From positions 1,488,001 through 1,552,000 of the forward strand of contig LSRY02000007.1 of NCBI GenBank assembly GCA_001643675.2: a stretch of DNA of 64,000 nucleotides, in the 5' to 3' direction. Below the pieces are notes generated by a model, which searched no databases, had not been told where the DNA came from, and saw only the letters and a list, made by a program, of their open reading frames with translations. Numbering within the stretch: position 1 is the stretch's first letter; every line of letters begins with the position of its first letter. The DNA comes from Monocercomonoides exilis PA203. Taxonomy: Eukaryota > Protista > Preaxostyla. A program made the translations under genes and the position numbers. Shown here one piece after another: positions 48,912 to 61,900 of this stretch.

Positions 48912-49346
48912 ATGAAGATTTTTGTGACTCTTTTGCCAAACAAGGAAACAGTTGAACACGAATGCGATCCAAATGGTATGTTACATATATTATTTATATA
49001 AGTAACTGATATAAACTACTCATATTATTAAAACATACCAAACAGACACTGTTCGTGACTTAAAATGTGCAATTGTTGCGAAACATTTCACTTTATACAA
49101 GGCAGAAAATCCAGACTGTGATGAAAATTCACTTCTTATGTTTTTTAAAGATGGAGTTTCTTTTGGGCAGCTTCGGCCAGATGTTTGCAATTGACAGATT
49201 TTTATTTATTTGATTATTGTATTCAATAGGAGGTAATTGGAAGTTGTGGAGTTGTTGAAGGTGATACAGTGGTTTTTGACTTCGAAGACTCTTCTATTGA
49301 GCTTGAGTTAAAACAACAGAAAGATGAGCGACCTCCAACTGATTAA
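48912..49346 (+). CDS. Small ubiquitin-like (beta-grasp) protein, 105 aa, no C-terminal GG (exons 48912-48975, 49046-49182, 49230-49346)
   Basis: MKIFVTLLPNKETVEHECDPNDTVRDLKCAI..LLMFF..QLRPDEVIGSCGVVEGDTVVF; two phase-consistent GT-AG introns. Confidence 0.75.
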
Positions 49347-50040
49347 TCTTTTTTTCATCGGCATTTTTTGCGAATATTGTGTTTTTTGTCTTCATAATTA
49401 TAGAAATAATTTATTGATTATTTTAAAATAATTCTTTTCGTGTTATTTTTAAGTTGCAATATGGAAAAACCATTTCATGGGATATACATTCAACAATAGC
49501 ATAACTCATCAAATCCATATTTTTATGTAATTGTCTTTTTGCATAATCTTCGCAATACACATTTTTTTTAGTTGTTGCATATGAGTAGGAATTTTATGCT
49601 TTGTGAATTTTGTTCCAAGCGATATTCACAAGATTTTTTTCAAATTTTTTCCGTTTTCCAGATTTTTTTCGCACGAGAACGAATGATATATAATGATATG
49701 ATAGTAGATAAAAATTTTTTTACATAAAATTGATTTTTTTCCCCCATAAATGCAACATTTTTTTTACTCGTATCATTAGATACAATGCAGATTGAATCAA
49801 ATAATTCAAATTGAAAAAATAATTTATAATTTTGGGGGTCATTTAAAATAACCCCTGTTTATTTGAATTGACTTGCTCATTTTTTTTATTTTCATCCTAT
49901 TTAGAATTAAATGTTCAAAACATGAAAATAGATAACATTAAATTATTAACATAAAAGATTAATATAAAATACAAAAGTTTTTTATGATTCTCTTTTTGCA
50001 AAAATTTTGATCTTTCAATAATCAACTTCGAAAAAATATA

Positions 50041-50436
50041 CAGATATTGCATAAAATACCGGACATCGCACAAAATACCGGACAAGATCCATTTCACAAT
50101 AACTGCAAGAGTAATAATTCTGATAATTTTCCTCAAAACACAGCTTGTCAATACAAACTCACATGACATACAAGACTTTCAGGACAGCTTCGCTTGAGCT
50201 CGGAAAAAATATATATTGAAATCTCGGAGAAAAAGAATTTTGAGTTTCTCCGAGAATTATAAAATAATTTTTTCCGAGCTCAAGCGAAGCTGTCCTGAAA
50301 GTCTTGTATGTCATGTGAGTTTGTATTGACAAGCTGTGTTTTGAGGAAAATTATCAGAATTATTACTCTTGCAGTTATTGTGAAATGGATCTTGTCCGGT
50401 ATTTTGTGCGATGTCCGGTATTTTATGCGATATCTG
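50041..50436. mobile_element. Foldback MITE, Tc1/mariner-like (family F1, near-perfect arms)
   Basis: TA|CAG...CTG|TA ends; about 190 bp arms and a 12 nt loop; two tandem ATCGCAyAAAATACCGGAC units per end. Confidence 0.9.
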
Positions 50437-50756
50437 TAATAATTCGATAATTCGTTTGAAATGCTATTCAAACTAATGTTATCAAATACATGAGTTATAT
50501 AACGCGAGTAAGTATGGTTTTAACAATTAAAAATTCATTTTTTCCAATATACAAATCATAAATGCTTCTGAAAACTTTTGGTTTATTTCTTCACAATTGC
50601 AAACAATTTCTTTAAAAATGAAGCACCAACAACAGCTTTTGTGCCATTTTGATCAGTTCTCATTGGATAATAACTGCTTTTTTCGTTTTTAGCAACAGCA
50701 ATTTTAAAACAATATTGTTTTTCATTTTTCGCCTTATTGTTGAACAACATTATGAA

Positions 50757-51003
50757 ATATGTCTAAATTTTTTTTAAAAGTTCCGTTTGTTTCATTTTCA
50801 AATAAAATTAAATTTTCATATTTCGATCAAATTTCTGTTCCCACTTACCTAATTTTGCTGTAATGAAAACAAAATCTTGACAAGATATTGTTTTCATGAC
50901 ACCGAAATTATGTAAGTGGGAACAGAAATTTGATCGAAATATGAAAATTTAATTTTATTTGAAAATGAAACAAACGGAACTTTTCAAAAAAATTTAGACA
51001 TAT
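50757..51003. mobile_element. 247 bp near-perfect palindrome (foldback element) with ATATGT...ACATAT ends
   Basis: Arms mirror around position 50880 with a 1-nt centre. Confidence 0.8.
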
Positions 51004-51149
51004 AAACAAGAAAAATATTAAACACTGAATGAAAAATGTGTATATGGTTCTTTTTCAAAATTTCGTTTTTTTATAAAGAACATTTTGTATTATTTAAAAA
51101 AAATATTTTTCTATATTTATCTTCTTATAAAACCGATCACACATTCTGT

Positions 51150-53062
51150 TTTTTATGCTTTCAATACTTGAAACCTTTGGCTTTTATCTGTTTTAATTTT
51201 TATCCCTCTTCATCCAAATGATAACTCACAAACTCAATTTCTATATCAATTGTGATTGACATTTATTCTCTTGCATCCCCATCAACGGCTTTCACTCCAG
51301 CAAACTCAAAGTCCCATCAACGAATCAATCATCTCTCTCCTCAGCAGATCCGACAAATCCCTCTTTGTCTTCAACACCTCTTTCTTCCAACAAACGCTTT
51401 CTTTATCAAATGCTTCCATGATACACGAAGGATCAGAAAATAACAGAGAAAATTCAGGATGATTTTCTTCATTCGGACTGAACAGCAACAAATTTGAATG
51501 GTGCATATAGAAAAATACAAATAACGGAAATGATTGGTGTGGAGCGCTAAAAATTATTTTGCGAAAATGCCAATCTCACAATCACGTCTTGTTCATTTTA
51601 CAATTACTCGACTTGTAATCATGGAGGAGAATTATTTTGCAGATATTTATAAAATTTCAACATCGAAAAATCCAATTTCACAAATAGTTCTGCTTTGAAT
51701 GGAGGGGCAGCACACATGTTCTATCCGCAATCCAGTTCTGTTTGGGTATTATTTGAAAACAGAGTGGAAAGTTGTTAAATTACAAATTGGTGCGGAACTG
51801 GTTGGTATTTCAGACTCGAAAACATGCCATCAAATGCTCAATTCCTGCTCACCAAATGCAAGTGTATCGCAAATTCTGGTGGAGACTCTTCGGGTTCTTA
51901 AACGTTCAACTGGCCTCCAAGCAACAAACCAGAATATTTTTTGGTAAATGATTGTCAGTTTATAAATAATAAATTGACATCGTCTTCTTCTTATGGAGGT
52001 TCTGCTATGTTTTTCAGAGAAACATATTCTTGGATGAGTTGAACAAAATTAATCTCCTTTTGCTGCTATGATTGTAAAATCGCAACAAATGGCAAAGGCA
52101 ATGATGTATTTTTCATTGACAATGCAATCACCCAATCTCCATTCGAGAATTGTGGTTCAACAACTCCAACACAAAGGGTATGGAATAATGGAACTGCAGA
52201 AAACTCAATGTACAATAGCTGGCTCCCACTTGTAATACCAAACAAAATTGTTGCCAACAGCGGATCAGATGTCGATGCATGTGGAAAAACACAGCAAAAC
52301 CCATGCGCCACCATTGAGTATGCCCTCTATGGATTTGGTTTTTTCAAAGAAGCTTCACTTATCCTCCTCCACTCCACATTCACTCCCACAAAGACTCTCA
52401 CATTCCGTGCCCCAAATACAAAAATCACTGGAAATGGCACAACTGCCACCATCATCGCTTCCAGTGGTATTCCCCAACCAACTTCTTCATCCTCTCCCTC
52501 ATCATCGACATCTTCTTCACCAGATACATCTGCCTTGTCTGCTCTCTTCCAACAAACTCAGGGCTCCCTCACAGTCTCTGCTTTCGCCATCGCACACAAC
52601 TCCACAAATCAAATCACCCCCATCCTCTTCCACCTCTCCGATAACTCCCCTTCCCTCAACCTCAACACAACCACCATCACCGGAACAACCTCCATGACAA
52701 TAAAAGCACACCTCTTCTTCCTCACTGCTGGCTCCCTCTCCCTCAACCACACAGCAATCACCAGTCTCGCCCTCAACGGCCAAAGTATCTTCCACCTCAC
52801 CTCCCTCACAAATCCCCTCACCCTCAACTCCTCCAACATCACCGACATCACCTCCACTGCCACCCCCACCAGCTGTGTCCTCTCCTCTGCCACTTCCCCT
52901 TCCCTCTCCCTCTCCCTCGCCAACTGCACCATCACCAACATCAACTCAGCTCCACAAAACCAACAGACTGCCACCAATGGCGGGTGTATCTCATTCGCAT
53001 CATCTGCCTCCGCCAACACATTTTCGGTGAGTGAATCCATCTTTTCCACCTGCTCTGTGAGC
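51150..53062 (+). pseudogene. Truncated mosaic pseudogene fragment of receptor A ectodomain (homologous to about 20100-21940)
   Basis: The 5' part carries stops and frameshifts but aligns to FEWC..GGAL..GGAA..ENRVESC..GNDVFF. The 3' part is open and close to receptor A (ATIEYALYGFGFFKEASLILLHSTF identical). Homology stops at about 53062 and the ORF runs on into unrelated sequence to 53278. Confidence 0.85.
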
Positions 53063-53948
53063 GAAAGTGAAACGAGTGCTTTAGAAATTGAAGAGCTGAT
53101 AAATATAAAGAAAGAAAAATTCAATGGAAAAAGAAGCAAAGGAGAAAGGAAGAAAAAGTTCTTCTTTGAAAGGAAGTTGGCATTAGAGATTTTACGAGTA
53201 TGTAATATGAAAATGAAGAGAGAAATGATAACGAAAATCAATAAAATGCGTGAAGTGATGAGAAAGAAAGAGGCTTAATTAAGGAAAAAGAGAAAGATCA
53301 TTTTGAAATCATGAGATTTCGACAAAAAAAGAATGATCGAAAACATGAAAGGAAATAAGGAAAAATGAAAAAGGAAAAGGAAATATACCTACGATTCTGC
53401 AACTACAACATCCAAGTGCAATGTTTATTGTGATTATGGATTCTGCATTATGAAACACGAACACGTAACAAATTTATTTTTCAGAATTTACAGAATATCA
53501 TAGTTTTCTTTTTAATATTTAAGCAAAAACTCTTAAAATTATCTTCGAAGAGAATCATTCTTCACACAAAACTCAAAACAAACAACAATTTAACTTTATC
53601 TGCAAATTATAAATTTAACATTTATTTAATTAAAGCGTGTAAACAAGCTTCCATAGAATTATCAAGGTTTGGTCAATAAGACTGTCAAAAAAGGTTTGAT
53701 TATTCTTTTATTTCCACTTTATTGTTGTTAATGTTATTTAATTGTTTTTTTTTTCCTTTCCCACAATAATTATTAATTTGAATGATCTTTTCTAATTTGA
53801 ATTAGGATGATGATTTTATATTTTTGCCCTTTTATTTGAATGAAGTGACCTTAATTCAAATTGACGTAGGTTTATCTATAAAACCTCAATTTATTCAATT
53901 TTCCCAACTTAATCTGCATTGTATCTATTCTATGCTGTGTAAACCTTC

Positions 53949-54964
53949 ATATGTTCAACTTTTTAATGGGACTTTTTTTCTTTATTGGCACTTTCTTTGT
54001 TTTTGCATGCCAATCATTTAAAAAAAGCTAGATGGACCTCAACACTCGGATGTGTATGTTCATATAACAAATACATAAAATTACGGGTTTATTTTTTAAT
54101 TTTCTTTTATTTTTCGTAGAGATATTGCATTTTTTTATTTATTTTGAAGTGACTTTTTTCGGCCGAAGAAGCATTTCACAAATTTTTGAAATTCATTTTT
54201 AAAAACAACTGGCATTATCCTTTTTATATTCAAAATCTTAAGTTTAACAACTTGTTTTTTCTTTATTTTTTCACATTTCATTTTTTTATCAACATGCGAA
54301 CACAAATTTGAAAATTTCTTTGTTATTTAAATGAAGAGTTAAAAATAAAAATGTGATATGAAAAATGCACACTCTTATGAAGAAGTGTGAAAAATGTTGA
54401 ACATTAATATTTTCTATTTTCATCAAACTCATCAAAATGGAATAAGTTTGATCTCAGATCATTCAATGTTGTGACCATTCACCTTTTCAAGATAATAAGA
54501 AAATTTCAATGTTCAACCTTTTTCACACTTCTTTATTAAATCGTGTATTTTTCATATCATATTTTTGTTTTTAACGCTTCATTTAAATAACAAAGAAATT
54601 TTCAAAATTGTGTTCGCATGTTGATAAAAAATTGAAATGTGAAAAAATCTAGAAAAAACATGTTGTTAAACTTAAGATTTTGAATATAAAAAGGATAATG
54701 CCAGTTGTTTTTAAAAATGAATTTCAAAAATTTGTGAAATGCTTCTTCGGCCGAAAAAAGTCACTTCAAAATAAATAAAAAAATGCAATATCTCTACGAA
54801 AAATAAAAGAAAATTAAAAAATAAACCCGTAATTTTATGTATTTGTTATATGAACATACACATCCGAGTGTTGAGGTCCATCTAGCTTTTTTTAAATGAT
54901 TGGCATGCAAAAACAAAGAAAGTGCCAATAAAGAAAAAAAGTCCCATTAAAAAGTTGAACATAT
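53949..54964. mobile_element. 1016 bp long inverted repeat (foldback element) with ATATGT...ACATAT ends
   Basis: Arms of about 465 bp and a spacer of about 80 bp; the outer ~300 bp are identical by eye; no credible ORF. Confidence 0.85.
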
Positions 54965-55945
54965 TTGAACTGTATTTTTTCTTTCAATTTCAGCATTTGG
55001 ATCCAATTTTTTTTTCCCCGTTTCAAAACACTTTCAAATGCCCAAAAAATAATAAGCATCAAAATAAAGGCAGTTTTCATTTTGAATTTTGAATTTGAAT
55101 AAGAAAAACAATGATTCAAGGGTTTCAGGTTTTGTTCAAATCAATGACACCTTTTGAAAGAAAACTCTAATGCATATCATTCCTTAAGTTTTCATTCAAG
55201 GTGATATTTGATTCCATATTCTTTTTCAACAAGTTATAAAAACAATTCAATAATTCATGCAAGAGCTTTATTCTTTGGAAGCAAATTTTGTTCTAACTGA
55301 ACATTTTTGCAACAATATTTCACTCCGTAATTGCTTTTGTTTCGTGAAATGACAATGATAGCAATAAAATATTAATCCATGCAAATTAAAAAGATCCTAG
55401 AACATAACATCTATTTCTTAATCTCAATATTTGTGTGCTCTCCAAAACAGTCCCAAAATAAAAGAGGTGTTCAATAATTCTCCACGAAAGTTGTTTCTGA
55501 ACAAAACCAAAAAATTGAATGGAAAAAAGATATGGAAAGAAGTGCATTTTAAAGGAAACTCATCGCACGACACATCAAACACAAAAACACAAAAATAGAT
55601 CTGTGCTCAAGGACTCCACACAAATTCCTCTTCTTGTTGTTTACCACAGCTTTGTGATAGCTCATAAATCTCCTCTCAAAAATAAAAACAAAAGATAAAT
55701 AAAAAAACCTAATTCTTAAATACTAATGATGCGACGATGTTCAATTTGAAACAAAAGTCTGGCTTCAAATTACCCTGTGACCTGCTGGCCAAATCCGTGA
55801 GAAAATGATTGCCTCAAGGCAACTTACAGATTAACCAACAAATCACTATTCTCAATCCATTCATCCGTACCATCCTGCGCCAAGTATCCTCCATCTCTTT
55901 GGTGTTCTAATCCTGATTTTGGTTTCTCAACAACCACTGCCTCCT

Positions 55946-58900
55946 TTAAGTGCAGCTTTCCCCACTTTTGCTGAAACTTGCTCTCGAATTGTTTGCCTTG
56001 CTGTCATCCTCCTGCTCCTCATCAATTATCGCGTCTGACATCGTGAGTGTGACCTCATTCTTCGAGAAGAACTTGATCAGCTCCTTTTTCACATCGCAAA
56101 GCGTTATTCGGTCTCTTCCATGCTGCAGCAAAGCTGCTGCCACCAGCCCTGCCTGCCTGCTCCCCGATATCACACCCATGTTTGGCCTCTCTCCATTCGC
56201 AATCTTCTGCCCTGCTGCATCTCCCTCATACTCTTCAAATGGAATTTTCAGAGATAGGCACTCCCACAGCATCATCCCAACTGAAAACACCACTGACTCC
56301 TTTGTTGCACTCATCTTCTTATTCATCTGCAGTTCTGGCGCCTTCCACCTCAGACACTCTTTTCTGTAGTATCCATCTTCCTCAAATGCAGATGAGGGTG
56401 GTGGGGAATCCTTCCCATTTCTATTCGACGACGAGCAAGCAGACGAAGATGTGATGATGGTGGATGACGATATGGAGGAGGAGGAGGATGAATCATCAGA
56501 AAAGCAGTCCGAGTGGAGAGCGATGGCGATTTCCATATGTTCAGAGAACAGGATGATATGAGGGCTCAGATTCGCCAGAGAAGGAAGATAATATTTATCA
56601 TCCTCAAACGAGTGGAGTGCTCCATGCACCACCCAGAACAGCAGATGTGCCCCTGTCACTTCCCGCTCCATCAGTGACCCAATCGCCATCTCCTTCTTCT
56701 CGTTCTTTCCATGAAGCAGCATGAACAGCGAATCCCTCAGATCCACAATCAGTTTCACGTATGGAGACGAACAGCTCATTGCATCCACCAAGTTTGACAT
56801 CGAAGAGGTGGTCGGGCACAGATCCTCCCCTCGAACAAATGTGGATTCTGTGTCTGACGTATCTGTTGTTGAAGTGGATGAAATAGAAGGTGATGGCGAT
56901 CTCTTTTGAATCTCTTCCTCCCACTCCTTCTCATCCACTTCCTCCAATACCCATTCTGGAATCTTGTCTGAATCTCTCCCAAGGATGTATTCTGTCGAGC
57001 CACTCTCAGATAACAAATGCTCCGATGACTCTGAATGCTCCATATTCGTCTCATACACCCTCTTCTTTATCCTCTCTTCATTCTTCTTCTCTGCCTCCTT
57101 CTCTGCTCTTCTCCACTGCTCTTCTGGTGACATTTCCATCGTCACCATTTCAAATGCCTTCGGATCTTTTCTGATGTTATCATTCACAATCTCTTTGTAT
57201 TTCTTTGCTTCTTCTTTTGACTTTCTCCAACGCACAGCCAGAATAATAGATATAATAAGAACGACTAAAAACAAAACAGCAAAAATGGCAATAGCAATTA
57301 AAGCCCACGATGAAGCAGCTTCAATTCCTTCTTTAACAAGGTTTCCATTTCCCCCCATCTGTCCTGTTCTATTCTTCAGAACAAACTGAGTGGTACAGTG
57401 CTGTGCTCCCTTCTCTCCAAACGCAATCGTCACTGTTACTTCTGCTTCATTTGGCACTGACACGATTGCAGATGATGATATTGATCCCCTCACTTCCTTC
57501 TCTGAGACAAAGTCAGCATCTGAAAATTCATGCCGCTCAACAGCTTCAGCATCCCCAATCCATGTGCTCACTTTGAACGATAACTCGCATGGAATCAGAA
57601 CACTTCCCAAAAACCGAAGCTCCACAACACTTCCCTTCTCCTTGCTCTTGACTTCCTCTAAAACCGGAATAAACAGAGTTGAACTCCTCTCAGATACTAT
57701 TCCTTCAACTCTGCATCCTTCATTCAGAAACCAAAGAGAACTATTGTCCTTCATTCCATCTCCTCCCTTCAAACTCTCGATGTTCACCAACCCTTCACCT
57801 GAGCAGATGATGTTTCGCCTGACAGATGGAAACTTCACAACGCCTGGATTGTTGTTCAAAAACTCTCCCCTTTCAATTCTCACATCACCTCCAGAAACGG
57901 ACATTCCTCCATCTTTCGCATTTTTGATAGTTGTGAAAGACATGACAACAGATGAATCCTCAAAATGGACAACTGATCCATTCCACTCACACATTTCTTT
58001 TCCCGATGCATTCAATTCAGACTCTCTTTCTCCCTCATCTCCACTGAATGTGCACGACTCCAGCTCCACAGCATTGCTTCTTTCACTTCGCAGCATCTTC
58101 CCTTTCTGCTCTCTTGACACACATTTGGCAAACGATATGTTCTGCATGCGCAGACTCCCCAAACAATTCGCAAATAACACTTCTCCCATTCCAGCTGTCA
58201 TTGTGATATTTTCAATCGAACACACAGAAAACACACATTCACATTTATTCCTTGCATCTTCACTTTCTTTCATTTCATTTTCTCCCTCAAAAGCAAATAA
58301 TGCCCCACCATCACACATAACATCTCGGCACTCGCTCTTTTCGATTGCCACCATCTCACAATCCTTTGCTGTTATCAACCCCAATGAGCATTCGAGCGAA
58401 GTCATCACTAATGATGTGCAGCTCAGCCTCGATTTCTGCTCACATGTAATCATTGGAGACGATGATGAAACATGGCTCAATGTTGCATTCTCCAACTCCA
58501 GATAACCCCCTGAGGAAACATACAGCAGCGTTGCATTCATCAAAAACGCATTCTTGTGCTCATTTACCGTTCCGCTGAATGTGCACTTCGTCATTTCTGT
58601 TTTCCCTTGGCCACACTCAACAAAGCGGAAATGATTCCTCAGAGACTCCGAATCCACAACAAAAGATATCCCCCGAAAAACAACAGATTCGATGCACAAC
58701 ACCACACACGGACGAGTACTCTCCAAATGTGTGTTCAGCCGAAGATATGCTGCTTTGGTTGTTCTCGATCTTATTGACGCGTCTGTCACATCCAGCTCAC
58801 CCTTGATGAGCCCTTCCCCAATCACAACAATCTGACTTTCAAAATCGTGTGTGAGGTGGCTAACAGCAAATCCAAGCGATGCACACGGAAGCATCTGCGA

Positions 58901-61900
58901 GCCACAGTTCCTGCTGTCTTCGCTGGCCACTTCTCTGTCTGAGGTTGTGAATATCGTGTCATTCTGATATATCACAATGAATTCAATCAGGTTCACCGGC
59001 TCTCCGCACAGCTCTGTTCGGTCGATCCCATATATCGCATTCAGCCTGTTGTACTTCGATTCCCGCAGATCAAACAGGAACTGTGTCTCGTTGATCTGCT
59101 CCTTGATGCTGTAGCACTCCACAAACAGATCTCTTCCGATGTGTGCAATGTTCGAGTCAAACACAATGCTCTTGAACATCATGTCCAGGTCTCCTGCAAA
59201 CACTGCCCCAACATACGCCCCTCCTCCCCATCCACTTTGAGCCGAGCAGCTGCTCAGTGTGATCGATGTGTCTCTCACATGCAGATATCCTCCTGAGACC
59301 ATGTGAAAATAGATTGCCCCTCCCTTCGGCGAATTGCTGCTCATGCACATCTCAAACACACTCGCATTAACATCCAATGCTGTTGCACTGCTGCTCATCC
59401 CAAGATCAAAAACACATCCATTTCCACCATTATTCGTGATGTTCTTGAATTCGCTTTTGACCAGAGTGATGGCCGATCTTCCATTCCTTTTCTGCACCTC
59501 TCCCACTTGTTTGTCTCGTGTCCCAATGATGCTTCCATCTCTCATTTCAACCATCTCTGCTTTGAATCCCTCCATCACACATTCCACATCCACTGCCACT
59601 TCAAACAGATACTTTCCAATCGATGAGCTCACCACAGACAGTCTTTTCACAATCACACTTCCTCTCATCACAACTGCAAATGAAATCCCGCTGACTTGGG
59701 ATGCTGGCACTTTCATGCTGACTCCACAATCAACCATCTCCAGTTCCTCTCCCTCGCTCACAATCACTCCCCCTCTTTCATTCACAAATCCATCTCTCAC
59801 CACAAATGTGATCCACTCAAACCTCAGTTTCCTTGTGTTTCGCATGCACACATCCACACCCTCATCTCCAGAGCACTCGATGATCAGGCTTGCCGTTGAT
59901 TGCTCCTCGTTTTCAGCACCAGCTGATTTCACCTCGAAGCCTGACAGAATCCCATCCTCCTCATATCTGCACTCTCCAGACACCACAATCGTTTTCTCAT
60001 TAGCCTCAGTCAACAAATGCTCAATGCCATATCTCCAGCTCTGACACGGATCTTCGGCACTTCCACACCGCAACAAGTCATATCCTCCTGCTCCCACATG
60101 CACTGTGCTGCTTCTGAACTCCACCAGAAACCGAATCAGTGATGTTTCCCCGTGGACTGAATCCGCTCCCATCAGATCGTTATCATCACTTTCCATCTCG
60201 CTCAATGAGAGATTGAATGTCTCTGTTGTCACTGTGGTGTTCAGATCCTGGCATCCAACAAACAGATGCTTTCCAATTGCTGCGAGATTTGACAAAAAGA
60301 ATGTGCCGTTCAACGATATGCACTTGGGCTCTGTCGCTTCACTCCCATCAACAAACATCGCTCCTCCTTTCCCATTCCCTGCCTTGCACTCGCATCCTTC
60401 CATCCTGCACCCATCCACTTTTGCACAGTCACTGCTTCCCAGTCTGATGCACATCAGCCCTCCTTCCTTCCCCGTTCTCGATTTCGCTTTTGTGAGTGTG
60501 CAGTTTTCTGCTCTCAGCGAGCCTTGAACTGCAAAGGGTGCATGCGAATGCTCTGTCAGTGAGGTGAAAGAACAGTTTTCAACGATAAACCTGCCTCCCA
60601 TCACTTTCACAATTCCATAATCCGTCAACATTCCACTGCTTTCGCTGATCGAGCAGTGGTTCATCATCAGTTCTGCACTTGTTGAAGAGGAAACAATGAT
60701 CGCCTGGATTGCAGATATCATTGAAGAGGGTATCTGGAAATTAATCAAGCGAAATTCAGATGCTTTTGAATTCACAAACACACCATCAAACACTCCGTTC
60801 TGCAATTCACCTGAAACACGAAGCTCGCATTCTTCTCCTTCAGACAGCGAGGCAACCACAAACGATGACACATCATATCCTCGGTCGATCTCAACCACAT
60901 TCTGGATGTGCAGCTCCCTCTTCTCTGCTCCCTCCAACGTGTTGCTGTACCCGCTCCAAAAAGAATGGCACGGATATGCTTCCTCACCACAGCCCACCAT
61001 ATCGAATCCTTCACTCGACACAACAACAGTTGAAAGATGTGCCTGAACCAGAAACAGCCTCAGATCCACTGGATCCTCAAACCTGGATACGTCCACTCCC
61101 TTCACATCAACAGTGCTCTCATCGCTCCCACTTGTCAACTCAATGCAGAATCTGTCTGAGAGGATGGATGAATTCAGCTCAACACATTCCACAAACATGT
61201 CTTTCCCTACAAATGCATTGTTTTCTTTGAATCCAACACCTCTGAACAGGTAGTTGTTGGCATATCCTTCACTCATTGCAACAAACAGGCATCCTCCATA
61301 TCCTCCTCCAACATCACTCACCCAGCTGCTCATCTGTACGTTTTCTATCCTCAGCTCATTTTCCTCACTCATTTCGCACAACCCAAAACTCCCATTCTTC
61401 GTGCTCGCTCCGCACCCTTCAACCACACATCCATCACTCATTGTCAATCCAGATCCCTTGTTCACAGTGACAATACGCCCATTAATCGCATTCACTGCGC
61501 TCACATTCACTGCTTTGAACTTCCACTTCGCATGACCTCCACTCACAAACAAGCTCGCCTCTCCTGACGAGATTTGCGAGATTGATGTGTTTCGGCATGA
61601 AAACTCTCCTCCCTCACAAAACACAATTCCCCAGCTGCCTCCAAATCCCAATCCAGCAAACTTCACAGAACTCAGCTCAACTGATCCACCGCTCTCTTGC
61701 ACAACCCACCTTCCAACTTCCTCTCTTCCCTCTCCTTCTTCTCCAAACAAACAATTCACAACTGCACATCTTCCTTGGATGATCAACAAAACCGAACTCA
61801 ATGAATTCAAGGCTTGCAAAGCAGAAGCTGAAACAACAGAATTGGAAGTTGTTTCTGTTTCTGAAGTCAGCTTGAAATGCAGTCCTCGCAGAGAAAGCAC

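Noticed and set aside
49915-50471. Two near-identical small ORFs (49915..50169 and 50280..50471)
   Set aside because: They are by-products of the palindromic MITE, with no coding signature.
53824-55119. Convergent twin ORFs ending YVQLFNGTFFLYWHFLCFCMPII
   Set aside because: They are mirror images created by the inverted repeat.
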